DNA from: Chrysomallon squamiferum
Taxonomy: Eukaryota > Animalia > Mollusca
Length of the DNA: 64,000 nt
Assembly: GCA_012295275.1 (NCBI GenBank)
Contig: CM022673.1
Span: 28,768,001-28,832,000 of the forward strand
Direction of reading: 5' to 3'
Under the pieces are notes generated by a model that saw nothing but the letters and a program-made list of their open reading frames with translations, did not search any database and was not told where the DNA came from. The translations under genes and the position numbers were made by a program. Below are positions 36,236 through 54,667 of the stretch, in pieces; the first letter of the stretch is position 1; each line of letters begins with the position of its first letter.

Positions 36236-37663
36236 TCGGAATATATTTTCATTTACGTTTTTCATCTATAATGCCCACACACACACACACGCACACACAC
36301 ACACACATCGCCATTCATTAGAATAAGTTTAGAGTAATCAAATTATTCTTTATATCTATCTATCTATCTTTATATTAAGATTATCATCATAATTTCGTCG
36401 TTTTTGTTGTGTTTATTCCTCTTCATTTTCTATTAGTAATACCATTAGTGTTGTTATTATTATTATTGTTGGTGTTGTTATCCCTCCCTCCCATTTTCTT
36501 GTCCATCTTTCCTTAATCCAAAACACGATCACGTGAAATGCCATACTCTGGACACGCTTAACATTTGTCCATCAGTAAGTCAAACCAGCTGTGAAGCTGA
36601 GCCGAAAACAAGGCCACTGGTCATTGGTCATCCTTAGTACATTTCAGTATGAACTGTTAATTCAGATACCAGTTTGCTACTATAACAAGAATTACAACAA
36701 AACATCAACAGTAAAAAAAAAGTAAATAGCTGTATTACTAAACAATAATTAAAATGATAAAATAATATAGTATTAATAGAAGTAGAAATAGAAGAAAAAA
36801 GCACAAAAAAAACAACAAAAAAACAAAACAATAAATAAGCAAAGAAAAATCAAAAGAAAAAAGAAACAGAACTATTTTTTATATATTATTCGAAAGTGCA
36901 TACCGTATTCCTTGTCAAAAAAAACCTATGGGCGATTCAAGAATTAGCCCAAAGAAGGAAAGATGACAATTGATCCCGCAACCTATGGGTTAACTAAATA
37001 ACTGGGACTCTCATCATTTCATTCTTCGTATTATTTAAATGGCATAGCGATCATCTATCTATAAACGCAATGGACTTGACATATATTGATTTCATCTGCA
37101 TGTTCTTGAGTAAGGGTTCAGTGAAATATGTGTATTTTATTATTTCCTAAACTAATAAATATTAAATCAGAAATATTGTTTATTATTGATAATTAGCATA
37201 TTAATAATTATCTGGGAAAAGCATGTGACATAATAGCAATCTGTTCACCCAGCTGTCACTGCAATAATATTCACGATGGAGACAATAATGTCCGAAAAAC
37301 AACAACAAAAAACAAAAAGATCTTCTTCACAAGAAATATCTCCATAAATCAATGGCAACGGTGATAATAATAACGATCACTAAAATTAAGGGTTTTGGCC
37401 TTTGGAAATTTAAGGTAGATTTCTGCATGTCAAAAGATTAAGAAAATCAGCTGGTCAGAACTAAGCTTTAGTCTTAAGATAAAGCCAGAATGACCAGTGT
37501 TAAGGTCAGGGATAATGACCTGTGATTTTGGCTTAAAGATGTACTAAGGTTTATGGCACTAACCAAACACAACGTTAAACTACCATGATCCTCCTTTGTA
37601 TATGGTGCACATTTTCATTTGTCGGCTATATTTAAGGTAGGTAAATAAAACTGATATATTTGC

Positions 37664-37696
<33 letters not shown>

Positions 37697-38456
37697 CGTG
37701 ATAATCATCATTTCAAAAAATGTCTTTAACTAGATGTTGTTGGTTTTTTTGTTATTTTTTAAATGTATTGTAAAAAAATGGTTTTATAATTTTAAAACAT
37801 GATCATTATTATTAAATCGCTAAAATATGCCATAAATTATCTGAAAATTTACAATCGATTATGAAAAGAACAAAACCTTTTTTTTTTTTTTTTTTTTTTT
37901 GACCGAGTATCTTTTATAACCCAAATCAGCACAATGGAATAAAAAAGGAAAAAGAAACATAAACAAGTTTATCTGTTATAATTCTAATGAAACCTGACTA
38001 AAAATATTTGATTGACGTCAGTCATGAACTTTATTTAATCTTGGAGATTCACATATTTCACATTTTAATTTTGAAAAAAAAAAAATTAAAAAAATGAACT
38101 AAAATATTAAAAAAAAAAAAATTATAATAATAATGACAATGGAAATTTTCATAGTTATTTTCCAGCAGAAACTATTTTGAATCAGTTTCTATTTAGTTAT
38201 TAACAAATCACACTTAATTAAACAATACTTTTACGTAACGCTTCATCAGTCTGTATCTCAAAAGACGAAAAAAAATAATATTTAAAAAAATAGATTTACA
38301 GCGTCCTGTTGCGAACAACGATGCCTGTTGAGCAACGTCGTCATCGTCAAATTAAAGAAAGACGTCATCAGCTTTAACTATGACTTCTTTAAAAAATTTA
38401 AATAACAAACCACAACGTGTATCTCTTATATCTTGACCCACTGACTTCATCACGCG

Positions 38457-38464
38457 TATAAAAG
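38457..38464 (+). promoter_or_regulatory. Candidate TATA box (TATAAAAG) of the CYP gene
   Basis: GCGTATAAAAG lies upstream of candidate non-coding exons (donors CAG|gtaaac near 38518 and CAG|gtaggt near 38713) and of the first coding-exon acceptor at 38896. Confidence 0.5.
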
Positions 38465-38905
38465 TGCACAGAACTGAAATATTATCATGATTCGTCACAA
38501 GGGCGTTGACTGGGACAGGTAAACAGATTCTGTTTAACCTGTGGTCACACAGCCGAGTACTGTTCCATGACTGATCGTTAGCTGCTGGACAAATCTAAAC
38601 GACAAGTTCGACTCTGTCAAAGAATACTCAGATTAGGTATATTTAGTCGCTGAAACAAAAATTAGTATTTTTGTTTTCACAGAGACGTTGTGTGTCGAAC
38701 CCCAGATAGGCAGGTAGGTGGTTTTTAAAAAAATATTTTTTTGATTCCAAGTCTTTGGAAAATCAGTTAAATATGTTTATAAATTTTATAACTGGAAATT
38801 TATGTTATTATTATTAGCAGTAGTAATAGTAGTAGTAGCAGCAGTAGTAGTTGTAGTATGTTAGTTTTTGTTAAAGAATATATAACGCTATTTCAGAGGT
38901 TGAAA

Positions 38906-43948
<5,043 letters not shown>

Positions 43949-45280
43949 TATCATTGCCTTTTGAGTATTTATGTAGAGATGCTAAGAAATAGCTTAAATA
44001 TATTTTGTAATCATTTACGACGTTCGGTATTTTTCACAAATAAATTACCACTTGATAAAATAATGATATTCTTAATATCATTGGCACGAAGGCTGAGATT
44101 TTCTCTTTTTATCGTTTCATCAAGATCGAAAATAAATAAATAAATAAAATTAAATATTTCATGACTTCAAATATGGCAGTTTAGAAAAGAGTCAGTGAAT
44201 TTATCTGCATATTATTTTTAGTTACTCAGTCTGCCAGTGTGATATTTTACGGAAATGACGTCACGAATAAAAAAACAACAGACGGTAAAATATCAACCCC
44301 AATGCATCATCTACGTCTTGTTTTTAGTTTGTCACTAATAAAGGCTGAATGCGATATAGAAGTAAGAAGTAATTTGTAAGTAATTTGTTTTGGCTATTTG
44401 TTAAGATATACCAAGAAGTAACTACTGAAAGGTTTCATTTCACTGGTCACTGTGTAATTTGATTCAGTGTCATCGCATCTCTTTTTCACACTTTGTTCTG
44501 ATGAGATACTTTACTGCATCCCTGTCTGAATAATATTTATGTGTGTGTATATATTTATAATATTTTTAATTTTTATAATAGTAGTAGTTTTGATTTTTCT
44601 AATTTGATTATGCTCGTAATATATAAATAATTGTTTCATAATAGCAGGTTGGTTTGGAATACTATGTAATATTTTTGACTTTGAAAAGAAAGGAATTGGT
44701 TTGTAAATTCATATAAATACACCTAAATTTAGGTTAATTTATATATATATATATCAAAACGACCTAACACAAATTCGTAATCTGTTTCCAAAAATGAAAC
44801 AAAAGAATAGATAAATAAATAAAAGACCCAAATACCTATATATATATAGAAAACATAACTTTGATAACTCTTTCAGTTTATCTCTCTTAAGCAGACACAC
44901 ACACACACACGCACGCACGCGCACAGACACACACACACACTAAAATAATATTAAATAAAAACCACTAACAACAGTCTGTTGGTATCGTCAGTCTTATTGT
45001 TACATTCAAAGTTCTTGACGGGTAAAGAAAGAAGTGTATGTTTGTAAATACCGTTGTGTATATAGAAATCTTTTTAAATACGACTCAGTTTTCTATCTCA
45101 CGCGCACTTTCCCTATATATGCATTGTTCATGTTTGTAACTTGATGTTTTTGAAATAAAGAAAATGATCTTTTCCTTACTCATTTTAAAATATATATTTT
45201 GTGTGGTTTTTTCTTTGAATCAGTGTATTTATTTTTCTTTCTTTTAAATATATATTTATCTTTTTTATTTTAGTTTGTTC

Positions 45281-45329
45281 ATATACATCGATTGCATGCA
45301 CCAGTTATTTTGTTATTATTATTATTAAA

Positions 45330-45422
<93 letters not shown>

Positions 45423-45448
45423 GTCTCTCTCTATATATTCAACGTAAT

Positions 45449-45530
<82 letters not shown>

Positions 45531-45579
45531 TTTAATAATAATAATAACAAAATAACTGGTGCATGCAATCGATGTATAT
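45281..45579. repeat. Fold-back inverted repeat: ~50-bp perfect unique arms plus (CT)n/(GA)n inner arms around a ~20-nt loop
   Basis: atatacatcgattgcatgcaccagttattttgttattattattattaaacat(ct)n is the exact reverse complement of (ga)n-tgtttaataataataataacaaaataactggtgcatgcaatcgatgtatat. Confidence 0.95.
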
Positions 45580-45775
45580 AAGTGTGTACGTGTGTTTTGT
45601 CGAATGCTATTACTCTTTATATTAGTTTTACGTGTCAGCAGTTCATTGTTCTGTATTAAACTGTATCAGTGACCGTTTTACAATATCATCTCTGTGAGCA
45701 ATGACGTCATGGAATACTCCTGGTGCGCTCGAATGAAACGATAGGCCTTTTATCAACCAGCTAATCCAGCTGGCA

Positions 45776-45863
45776 TCAGGCGAACCCGTCTGTGACAGCC
45801 TTTTGAAAACAGCAAACAAACGAAAGACCTATGATCTGAAAAATAACAGAACAACGTAATGTC

Positions 45864-45950
<87 letters not shown>

Positions 45951-46232
45951 AAAAACCAGTACGTTTCATTAACATTCGAAGTCTTATTATTTACAATGTG
46001 TTTAATGCATATTCCCTTTAGCAACCCTTGCTTTGTGGTTTATGCTCAGTAAGTGATTCAACGCACTGATTATTACATGAATTTTTTTAAAGACGATATA
46101 TGGAATCCAGTCTTGAACGATGTGACGTCAGTTACACAACACTAACCTGCCAACACGCACACCCAGCAGAAATCCACCCAGCTATAATGAGTTTAGTCTG
46201 AATCCAGTAAGAAAGAGAAAACAAACAACCCT

Positions 46233-46284
<52 letters not shown>

Positions 46285-48338
46285 CAACAACAGTAATAAT
46301 AATGCGAAGATTATCATGATCATCATCATTATCGTCATAATAATATTTATTCGAAGGATGTATGTAGTTATATGTATTATGTGTATGTATATGATATATA
46401 TATATATGTGTATGTGTGTATATATAAATGTAGGTACGTATGTATGCATGTATGTATGTACGTATGTGAACTTTGTATGACATTTTATAAACGATTTTAA
46501 TTCAAGTCACGTGTAAGAAACTCACAGTGTTGTGGACGCTGTTGTGTGCTGGTGACGTATTTTGCAGCACGCATTCGCTCGTGACGTCACTACAACACGA
46601 CTGTGGTAGAACGAGCAAGTCTGGCCGTGAACCACGTGGTCTGTGTAACCCACTGCCTGCCCAGTCGCCGTAGTTTCGAATTCCGCAACATCGCAGCTGT
46701 TCAGACAACGACAATAACTGTTTGTTGAACTGCGTTCATTATTTGAGATCAACTGCTAAAGCGTGTAGAATTATTCTTTAAAAATTTCACGTCTTGTACA
46801 GAACTCTTTTTTAGAGTGAGCGCAGAAGTTTTGCCCACAGTAAGCGTGCTTAAACAGTTCTCTGATGGAAATATGTGATAAATTAGCATAACTTACACTC
46901 ACTATTTACGAAATCAGGCAAGATCTGTTTATCATATATATATCTTTGCGATTTTGCTATCATATCACAGAGTAAGCACGACTGAGAACCACATGAAAGA
47001 TTGATAATAATGCTCTTTAAACATTTTATTTCTTGTTAATTTACTTTTATGACGCCTGCTGTTAAAGCTAATTTTGCAAATATTGCTCAGTTTTTGATAA
47101 GAGTAAAAATTATTGTTTATTTCAAAAAAGATAAGCAAAAAACAATTTTAAAGAAAGAAAGAAGAAGAAGAAAAAATAGAACAAAATTTACTGTTAGCAA
47201 AGGAGAGAAGAAAAATTAATATTTTACCTCACTTTGAATTTTATCAATCGTTCTGGTCGTTTCCGCTTCTTTGTTGTACTTGACGATTAATGATGGGTAT
47301 ATTCTTGACTGTATTTTTTCTGATGCCTGCCAAATAGCATAAATCTAAGGAATGTGATGATAAAGTAGTAATAATATCTTAACAAAAAGGATGAAAAAAT
47401 AATTTTAAAAATATTTAAAAATGTATTGGTGACAAACGTATTAATCTCCGTTTCTATGGAGACATTCATAATGTCAAGGACAGCAATGAAATAAATATCT
47501 ACAAACGGTAAGGCTATTTAAAATAAACATGAAAAAAGTATTTAAAAAAAATAAAATAAAAAAGATCTTTCTCCAATATTTTAAATATACAAATGTAACC
47601 TGTATTGTTCAGATTATTATTTTCAATTTATTCATAATAAATTTAGATTCATCGTCTGCCTGTCATTTTTGTCAAATGTAAGAGGAGTTTAAATCCGTGC
47701 AGAGATAAAGGGTCCTAAGATAAAGAAAACATTACGTTGAGTAAAGTCTGGTAAATGTTTGCTGAGGTAATAGTTTCTAAAACAGCATCGTTGACACCCA
47801 TTATAAAAAATATACTGTGTCTTGTCCTGACATTTCTGTAACAGTGCAGTGGAAGATGTACAGGCATAGACTGACAAGTGTATGTTCGTGGTTTACGCAT
47901 GTGTGTACGTGTGTGCATGTATGTATGTATGTATGCGTGTGTGTATGTGTGTGTGTATGTATGTATGTGTGTGTATGTGTGTATGTGTGTATGTGTGTAT
48001 GTGTGTATGTATGTGTGTATGTAAGTATGTATGTATGTACGGGTGTGTGCATGTATGTGTGCATGTATGTATGTATGTATGTATGTATGTATGTATGTAT
48101 GTATGTATGTATGTATGTATGTGTGTGTGTATGTGTGTATGTATGTATGTATGTATATATGTATGCATGTATGTGTGTATGTATGTATGTATGTATGTAT
48201 GTATGTGTGTGTGTATGTATGTATGTATGTATGTATGTATATATGTATGTATGTATGTATGTATATGTACGGGGTGTGTATGTATGTATGTATGTATGTA
48301 TGTGTGTATGTGTGTATGTATGTATGTATGTATGTATG

Positions 48339-48372
<34 letters not shown>

Positions 48373-48801
48373 TGTATGTATGTATGTATGTGTGTATGTA
48401 TGTATGTATGTATGTATGTATGTATGTATGTATGTTTGTATGTATGTATGTATGTGTGTATGTATGTATGTATGTATGTATGTGTGTGTGTATGTATGTG
48501 TGTGTATGTTTGTATGTATGTATGTATGTATGTATGTGTGTGTTTGTTTCTTACTTTATCATATAACAGAAAGACCAACACTGCAGAAGCCAGCTCCGCA
48601 GTAACTATGACAAGAATGCAGCAGAAATACTGAAAGCACAAATAGGATTGATATAAACTCAAATATATAATTTCATTAGAAGTTAATTATTTGGATAAAA
48701 ATTTATATTTTAAGAACACTTATTATTATTATTATTATTATTAATTGTGATTATTATTATTGTTATTATTATTATTAGTGTTGTTGTTGTTGTTGTTGTT
48801 A

Positions 48802-48872
<71 letters not shown>

Positions 48873-50708
48873 ATTGTTGTTATTATTATAAATATCACTT
48901 AACGTTAGTTTACAGTGTTTAAAAGTGATGGTTTTTCGCCGACTGTTGCAGTCCATCCTAAAATTCCCGCCAAAAAACACGCGATTCCAGAAACTATGAT
49001 CACGTAGACAGGGATGGCAAAATCTTCTCTTTCTACCAGAGGCGAATACTCGGCCAGCGAAATGTAGAACCACACCCCAACAGCAAATACCCCCGGGCCC
49101 GAGAGCTGAAAATAATCAAATACGTTATCCATTAAACAGAATACAAATCAACATAAGTAACTTAATTATTATTATTTTTTAATGACAAATGAATATATAT
49201 GTTTTAATATTTTTTAATTCATATTGAAAATATGGCTACAGGGTTATTTTTTTTATTTTTTTTTTTTTTTTTTTATCACAGTAATATTAACAGAGAGGAA
49301 ATAGGTTACATTTATCAGCAGTAATGTACTTTTACTTACGCAAGCAAAACAAACACAGTGATCCTTTGATAAAATCAGTAGTAAAGCTTTGGTTTGTATA
49401 AGAAAGAATCCTGCAGATGCAACGAGAATGAACGAGTCCGTGACAGTTCAATATTCAGCTTCGAACGATTAATTTTCAGTTTGTCCAAATTCCGCAATTA
49501 CCACGTAAATTTGTGATTTTTATACAACTTTAAGTGCTTCTGGTTATTAACAACAGAAATGTTCATCATTTTCTTTTTTTCTTTAAAGAATGAATTTACG
49601 AAGTCATTTTATTTAATTATTAAAATTAAATGTAGGTAATTATTATTTAAACACTTTTCTGTACTGGGCGATAATTTGAGGCGGACAGGTAAATGAAGAA
49701 TTAAATTACAGTTGAAAGAGAAACACGAACCTAACGAATACCTTACCACCAAAGTTATTTATCAACACAGAAGACGCAAACTGCACTTAACAGATAAACT
49801 CCAAGCTGTAAACGAGACTGAAACACCTGTTCAAGGACTATTATTAGCACTTTTTTAATAAGTAAGCGCGTAACAGTAAGAAGACAACTTCGTCACATCT
49901 GAAATGAATTCTAGGACGTCATAATTGCACAAATCAGATTTTTTATTTACTGAACTGAAAGTTTTTTAAACCTAAATGCCCGAATTTCGACAAATTCTTT
50001 TACTTTAATTTGCTAGCCATGAAACTTCAAACCAATGACTGCACTTCTGTTCAAAGAGTAATGAGTATTATCCATAAATCCAAGCATAACTTTGATAATT
50101 ACACAGTTGTATTGTCTTATCTAATGTTGAATAATAGCTGATGGGACTTCAGGCATATCATCTTAATATTATAAAAAATAATTCTTCGATTTTATAATCA
50201 GCCTTCCTAATATTTAAACAAATTATTCTCACACTTTCTTTTTTTACAATTAATTTTACAGAAAATAATTTTTAAATATTATTAAATGTTACAAAAATAA
50301 ACCTTGTTTTAACATTTATTTCACTACAAACGCGATAGCAATATTTATGTAAAATAACTGGGAGATATTTATTTAAATGTACGCAGTATTACATTTTAAT
50401 GAAATACTCCTTACATTTAGAAAAACGATCTCACCTTGTTATTGCTATCCTGTACACATTTAAATCAGTATTAAACCCAGAATATTACATTAATGATGAA
50501 TTGTTTTAACATCGAAATAAATTGAATACATAAAAAAAAAAAAAAAAAAAATCCATTACACTTATATATATTATAACAAAACAATATTCCTATATTGCTT
50601 TTTTTGTGTGTGTTTATCAAACGTTTTATAACTCACCCAGAAAACTACGTTGTACGCTAGAAAAGTTCTTTTCAGACGTCTAAACGCTCCAGTATCGTCC
50701 GACTCCAT
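45776..50708 (-). CDS. Tetraspanin (CD151/TSPAN11-like), ~250 aa
   Basis: Seven phase-0 exons: 50708-50637 (MESDD..AYNVVFW), 49105-48914 (LSGPGVFAVGVW..GILGW), 48629-48555 (YFCCILVIVTAEL), 47326-47228 (IDKIQSE), 46696-46526 (LRCCG..DW..PQSCC..C), 46230-46147 (GCL..WQ), 45835-45776 (IIGLSFVCCFQKAVTDGFA*). Four TM segments with CCG, PxSCC and GC motifs in the large loop. Confidence 0.93.
45948..46012 (+). repeat. ~65-bp dispersed element following a (GA)n run, copy 1 (copy 2 at ~62464-62529)
   Basis: (ga)n-tataaaaaccagtacgtttcattaacattcgaagtcttattatttacaatgtgtttaatgcata versus (ga)n-ttataaaaaccagcatatttcattgtcattcaaagtcttattatttataatgtgtttactgcata. Confidence 0.8.
47899..48543. repeat. Compound (TATG)n/(TG)n satellite, ~640 bp, in a tetraspanin intron
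   Basis: Continuous low-complexity array; explains the many MYVC/HTYI ORFs. Confidence 0.97.
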
Positions 50709-52938
50709 CGTCCCTGGATTGGACTAAGAAGTGAGGTCCCTGGAACCGAGTAATCCGGATAATCCGCCCAAAGTCTTTGTTTATTTTAATCTGCTGTGTT
50801 AGTGTCAGTCTTCCAAACTTGTTTTATCTCTTCACGGAAAAAAAAAACGACGACTGACAAAAAATTTTTGGGGGGTCGTTTAAAACTAAAAGTATCAAGG
50901 TTAATGAGTAGAGCATTTTCACTGCGTCTAGTGTACTCTTTTGAAAAGAATATAGTACAAAATAAATACTGTATATGTTAACTTTGTTATTAATTTTAAA
51001 TATTAGATGTGTTTAAAATAATATTTAATATAAATGTTTGTATATATTCTGTACCTAAGATTAAAAACCTAGGATAAATCATTTTTAATTTCGAGTTATC
51101 CGGTATTAGTCATCCATATTTGGAGGTGTCGTCATTCATCACGTGACTCTGTCGCTGCACTTAATGTACATTTAGCAGTAGTAATACCAACTAATATTAA
51201 TATATTATGATGGAGAGAAATAATTCATAAGATCAGTTTTTCTTTCCTAATATACGACACATAATAAAAACCTACAATAAAACATATATATTATATGTGT
51301 TTTATTTATATATTTTATGTAAAAATATATAAATAAAACACATACATACACACACACACATACATAATAGTTGAGGAGAGAGAGAGAGAGAGAGAGAGAG
51401 ATTTAGCTGACTGCATTGATCTGTTTCTAATTGTGTATTTTCTGAATAATTAATTATAACGTGATTAGGTACCTATCTGACAACGTGCTTTGTGTCTGAG
51501 AAAAAATTAAATTTTCCTGCATATAAAATAATTATATGAGTGTGAAATTAAATATTCAAGTTTATGAAAGGCTGCCATACAGATATTACATCTCTCTGGG
51601 AGGCACTGTCGTACCCGAATATTCCCATTATATTATCATTAGAATTTTCAACGATACCTCAACATATTGAATTATTTTTAATTTTTATTAGCCATGTTTT
51701 ATCTAGTGCATAATAATCAATTGTATACTAGCACTCAATACATTTTCCCTTTCTTTATTTTAAGAAAAGAATACACGAGTTTTTCCCCTTTATATTAATG
51801 GACTGAATTTGAATGTATTGAATTATTGTTTGATCTTTATAACTTCTGCTACATTTTACTGAATTAACAGATCGGCCCCCTTTCTTTTTTAAATTAATAA
51901 CTAAACTAAATAAATGAAAAATACAAACAGCAATATTAAATAAATAAATACAAAAAATTAAATAAAGAAGTAAATAAATAAATAAATAAATACAACAACA
52001 ATATTAAATAAATAAATAAATAAGACTGTATAAGCAAATAAACAGCATACCACAGTTAGTATCTTTAAATGATAAACAACTTTAATGGCTCTAGGAATTT
52101 CTGAGTGTACAAAAAAATATTTCTATATATGGTCAAGCCTATCCGAATTCGATTACTAATGTTAAAAAATAGCACAAACTGTCATCGTGAGGTATGACAG
52201 AAATGTTTCCGCTTCAAGGATAGCGTTCTGAAAACATTTCTTTTCCTGTTGCAGAGAAATCATGTAACAACCAGGTCGTCTTGCATCAGCTAATAAGATT
52301 ATGGTAAACGCTGACAGTGGGGGGTTCGTGAAAGTCTTTCAAGAAAGTGTTTAACTTTAATCTAGTTGGGAGATTGTATTTGAATAGAGAGCACTTTTCA
52401 TTTTATGTTTGCATTATGGACTGTAAATATCTGTAACTGTTCACATTTTTTTTAACAGCAGACACTGCTGTTAGTAAAATCCACCCACTTCGCTGACTGA
52501 CACCGAACTTTTTTTGATCATAGCCTTTTCCCTTTCATCGTAAACTCCCTCCCCATCTATGTTGATCCTTAACAAAAACGTAAGTAATCGACTAAAATTA
52601 ATTTAAAAAAAAAAAAAAAATAAAAAAAAAATAAAAAAAAGTAAACTAGTTCAGCCTTGATATCACCGAGTTCTCTTTGCTTTGTGTTGTTTGCAAAATC
52701 GGTCACATTCTATTAACTCTCAGTGTTACAAAGAATTGCGAAATGGCTACCCTGAATATAGTCCGTTTCAGTTATCACACCAATGCGAACAGGTTTTTTT
52801 GTTCCCCACGGACACGCAAAACGATAAATATAATATGTGGGGGTGGGGGGTGGTAAATGCTTCTTTTTTTTTTGCATATCAGATTAAAAGAAAACAATTA
52901 AAAAATAAATAAACAAAATAGAGAGACAGAGAGAGAGA

Positions 52939-53198
52939 GGTACAGCTATTCACTGGCTTGCCATTTGAGGCTTCATTTACAAGTCAGCTACACTTTTTAA
53001 AAAGATAACTTAATACTAATAGTACTTTGCGATGATAATTAAATGTATGTGAATAATTCATTGCGTTCATATATCAACTTTGACTATATTAGATGTGGAA
53101 GAAAGACAATTATAATAAATGTTAATAACATAATCTCTGTTGTTAAATATTGTTAACTTTTAATCTCTCTTACAGAACTTTTTATTTATATATTTTTA

Positions 53199-53270
<72 letters not shown>

Positions 53271-53950
53271 ATATATAGATATATATATATCTATATATAA
53301 AAGGAGACAATTTAAAAATATAAATAAAAGAGAACAATTAATATATACATATACCGTATATACTTGTGTACAAGGCGACCTTATGTATAAGTCGATGTGT
53401 ATTTTAAGACCAAAAATTGCGTCATTTTAGGTATTACTTGTGTATAAGTCGACTGTAGATTCCAGGCGCCGTTCTATGATTTACAAAATGTGTCGGTAGT
53501 GGATATTAATGACGATTGCAATATTATTTCACCAAATTCTTTACAATCAAACAAGTGAGTTTTGTTTATGAAATTAGGACCGATATTTAGTGCAATTTGG
53601 CAGAGAAGTCTGCATTCCTAGATCATTGCAAGACGCCGTAAGGCATAACGCCGTACTGACGGTTTTCTCGCTTTAAAATGTATTTTTATGTCATTAAACG
53701 GAAGAATATCATGTTTTACCTTCATATTTGGTTTTGTTATTTAATTTTTCAAAAATGTTTTATACGATAAAATTATATTTTTGAAAAGCTGAAAGACCGC
53801 GATTATTTTAGATGCATCCCGTAGCAAAAAATAGTCAAAATGGCGACTCTTCGGCAACAGCTACAAAAGCATTACCTATGTATAAGTCGACCCCCAAAAT
53901 ATTACCTTAATATAGTCTCCCAAAAATTCGACTTATACACAAGTATATAC

Positions 53951-54038
<88 letters not shown>

Positions 54039-54301
54039 CAGCTATTCACTGGCTTGCCACTTGAGGTTTCATTTACAAGTCAGCTACATTTTTTAAAAAG
54101 ATAACTTAATACTAATAGTACTTTGCGATGATAATTAAATGTATGTGAATAATTCATTGCGTTTATATATCAACTTTGACTAAATTAGATGTGGAAGAAA
54201 GACAATTATAATAAATGTTAATAACAAAATCTCTTTTTGTTAAATATTATTAACTTTTTAACCTCTTTTACACACCTTTTTATTTCTATATTTTTACACA
54301 G

Positions 54302-54352
<51 letters not shown>

Positions 54353-54382
54353 TTAAAAATATAAATAAAAGAGAACAATTTA

Positions 54383-54393
<11 letters not shown>
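52939..54393. repeat. Tandem duplication of a ~360-410-bp unit (52939-53353 and 54035-54393) with a MITE at the junction
   Basis: ggtacagctattcactggcttgcca..ttagatgtggaagaaagacaattataataaatgttaataac..(ct)n..aaaagagaacaatt is present twice at high identity. Confidence 0.9.
53354..53952. mobile_element. Tc2/pogo-like non-autonomous DNA transposon, ~600 bp
   Basis: TA|CCGTATATACTTGTGTACAAGGCGA ... TCGACTTATACACAAGTATATACGG|TA gives a 25-bp TIR with 2 mismatches and a TA TSD. The subterminal motif tgtataagtcga recurs near 53384, 53421 and 53879. No transposase ORF. Confidence 0.9.
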
Positions 54394-54471
<78 letters not shown>

Positions 54472-54591
54472 GAGAGGCTGTGTAAAAATATATAAATAGA
54501 AAGGTGTGTAAGAGAGGTTAAGAGGTTAATAATATTTGACAACAGAGATTATGCTATTAACATTTATTATAATTGTCTTTTATCTACATCT

Positions 54592-54667
<76 letters not shown>

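Noticed and set aside
47715-48662. Long ORFs of 200-315 aa (HTYI/MYVC repeats), and similar ERER, LSLS, IIII and NNNN ORFs elsewhere
   Set aside because: These are translations of microsatellites. Only the short embedded tetraspanin exon (48629-48555) is real.
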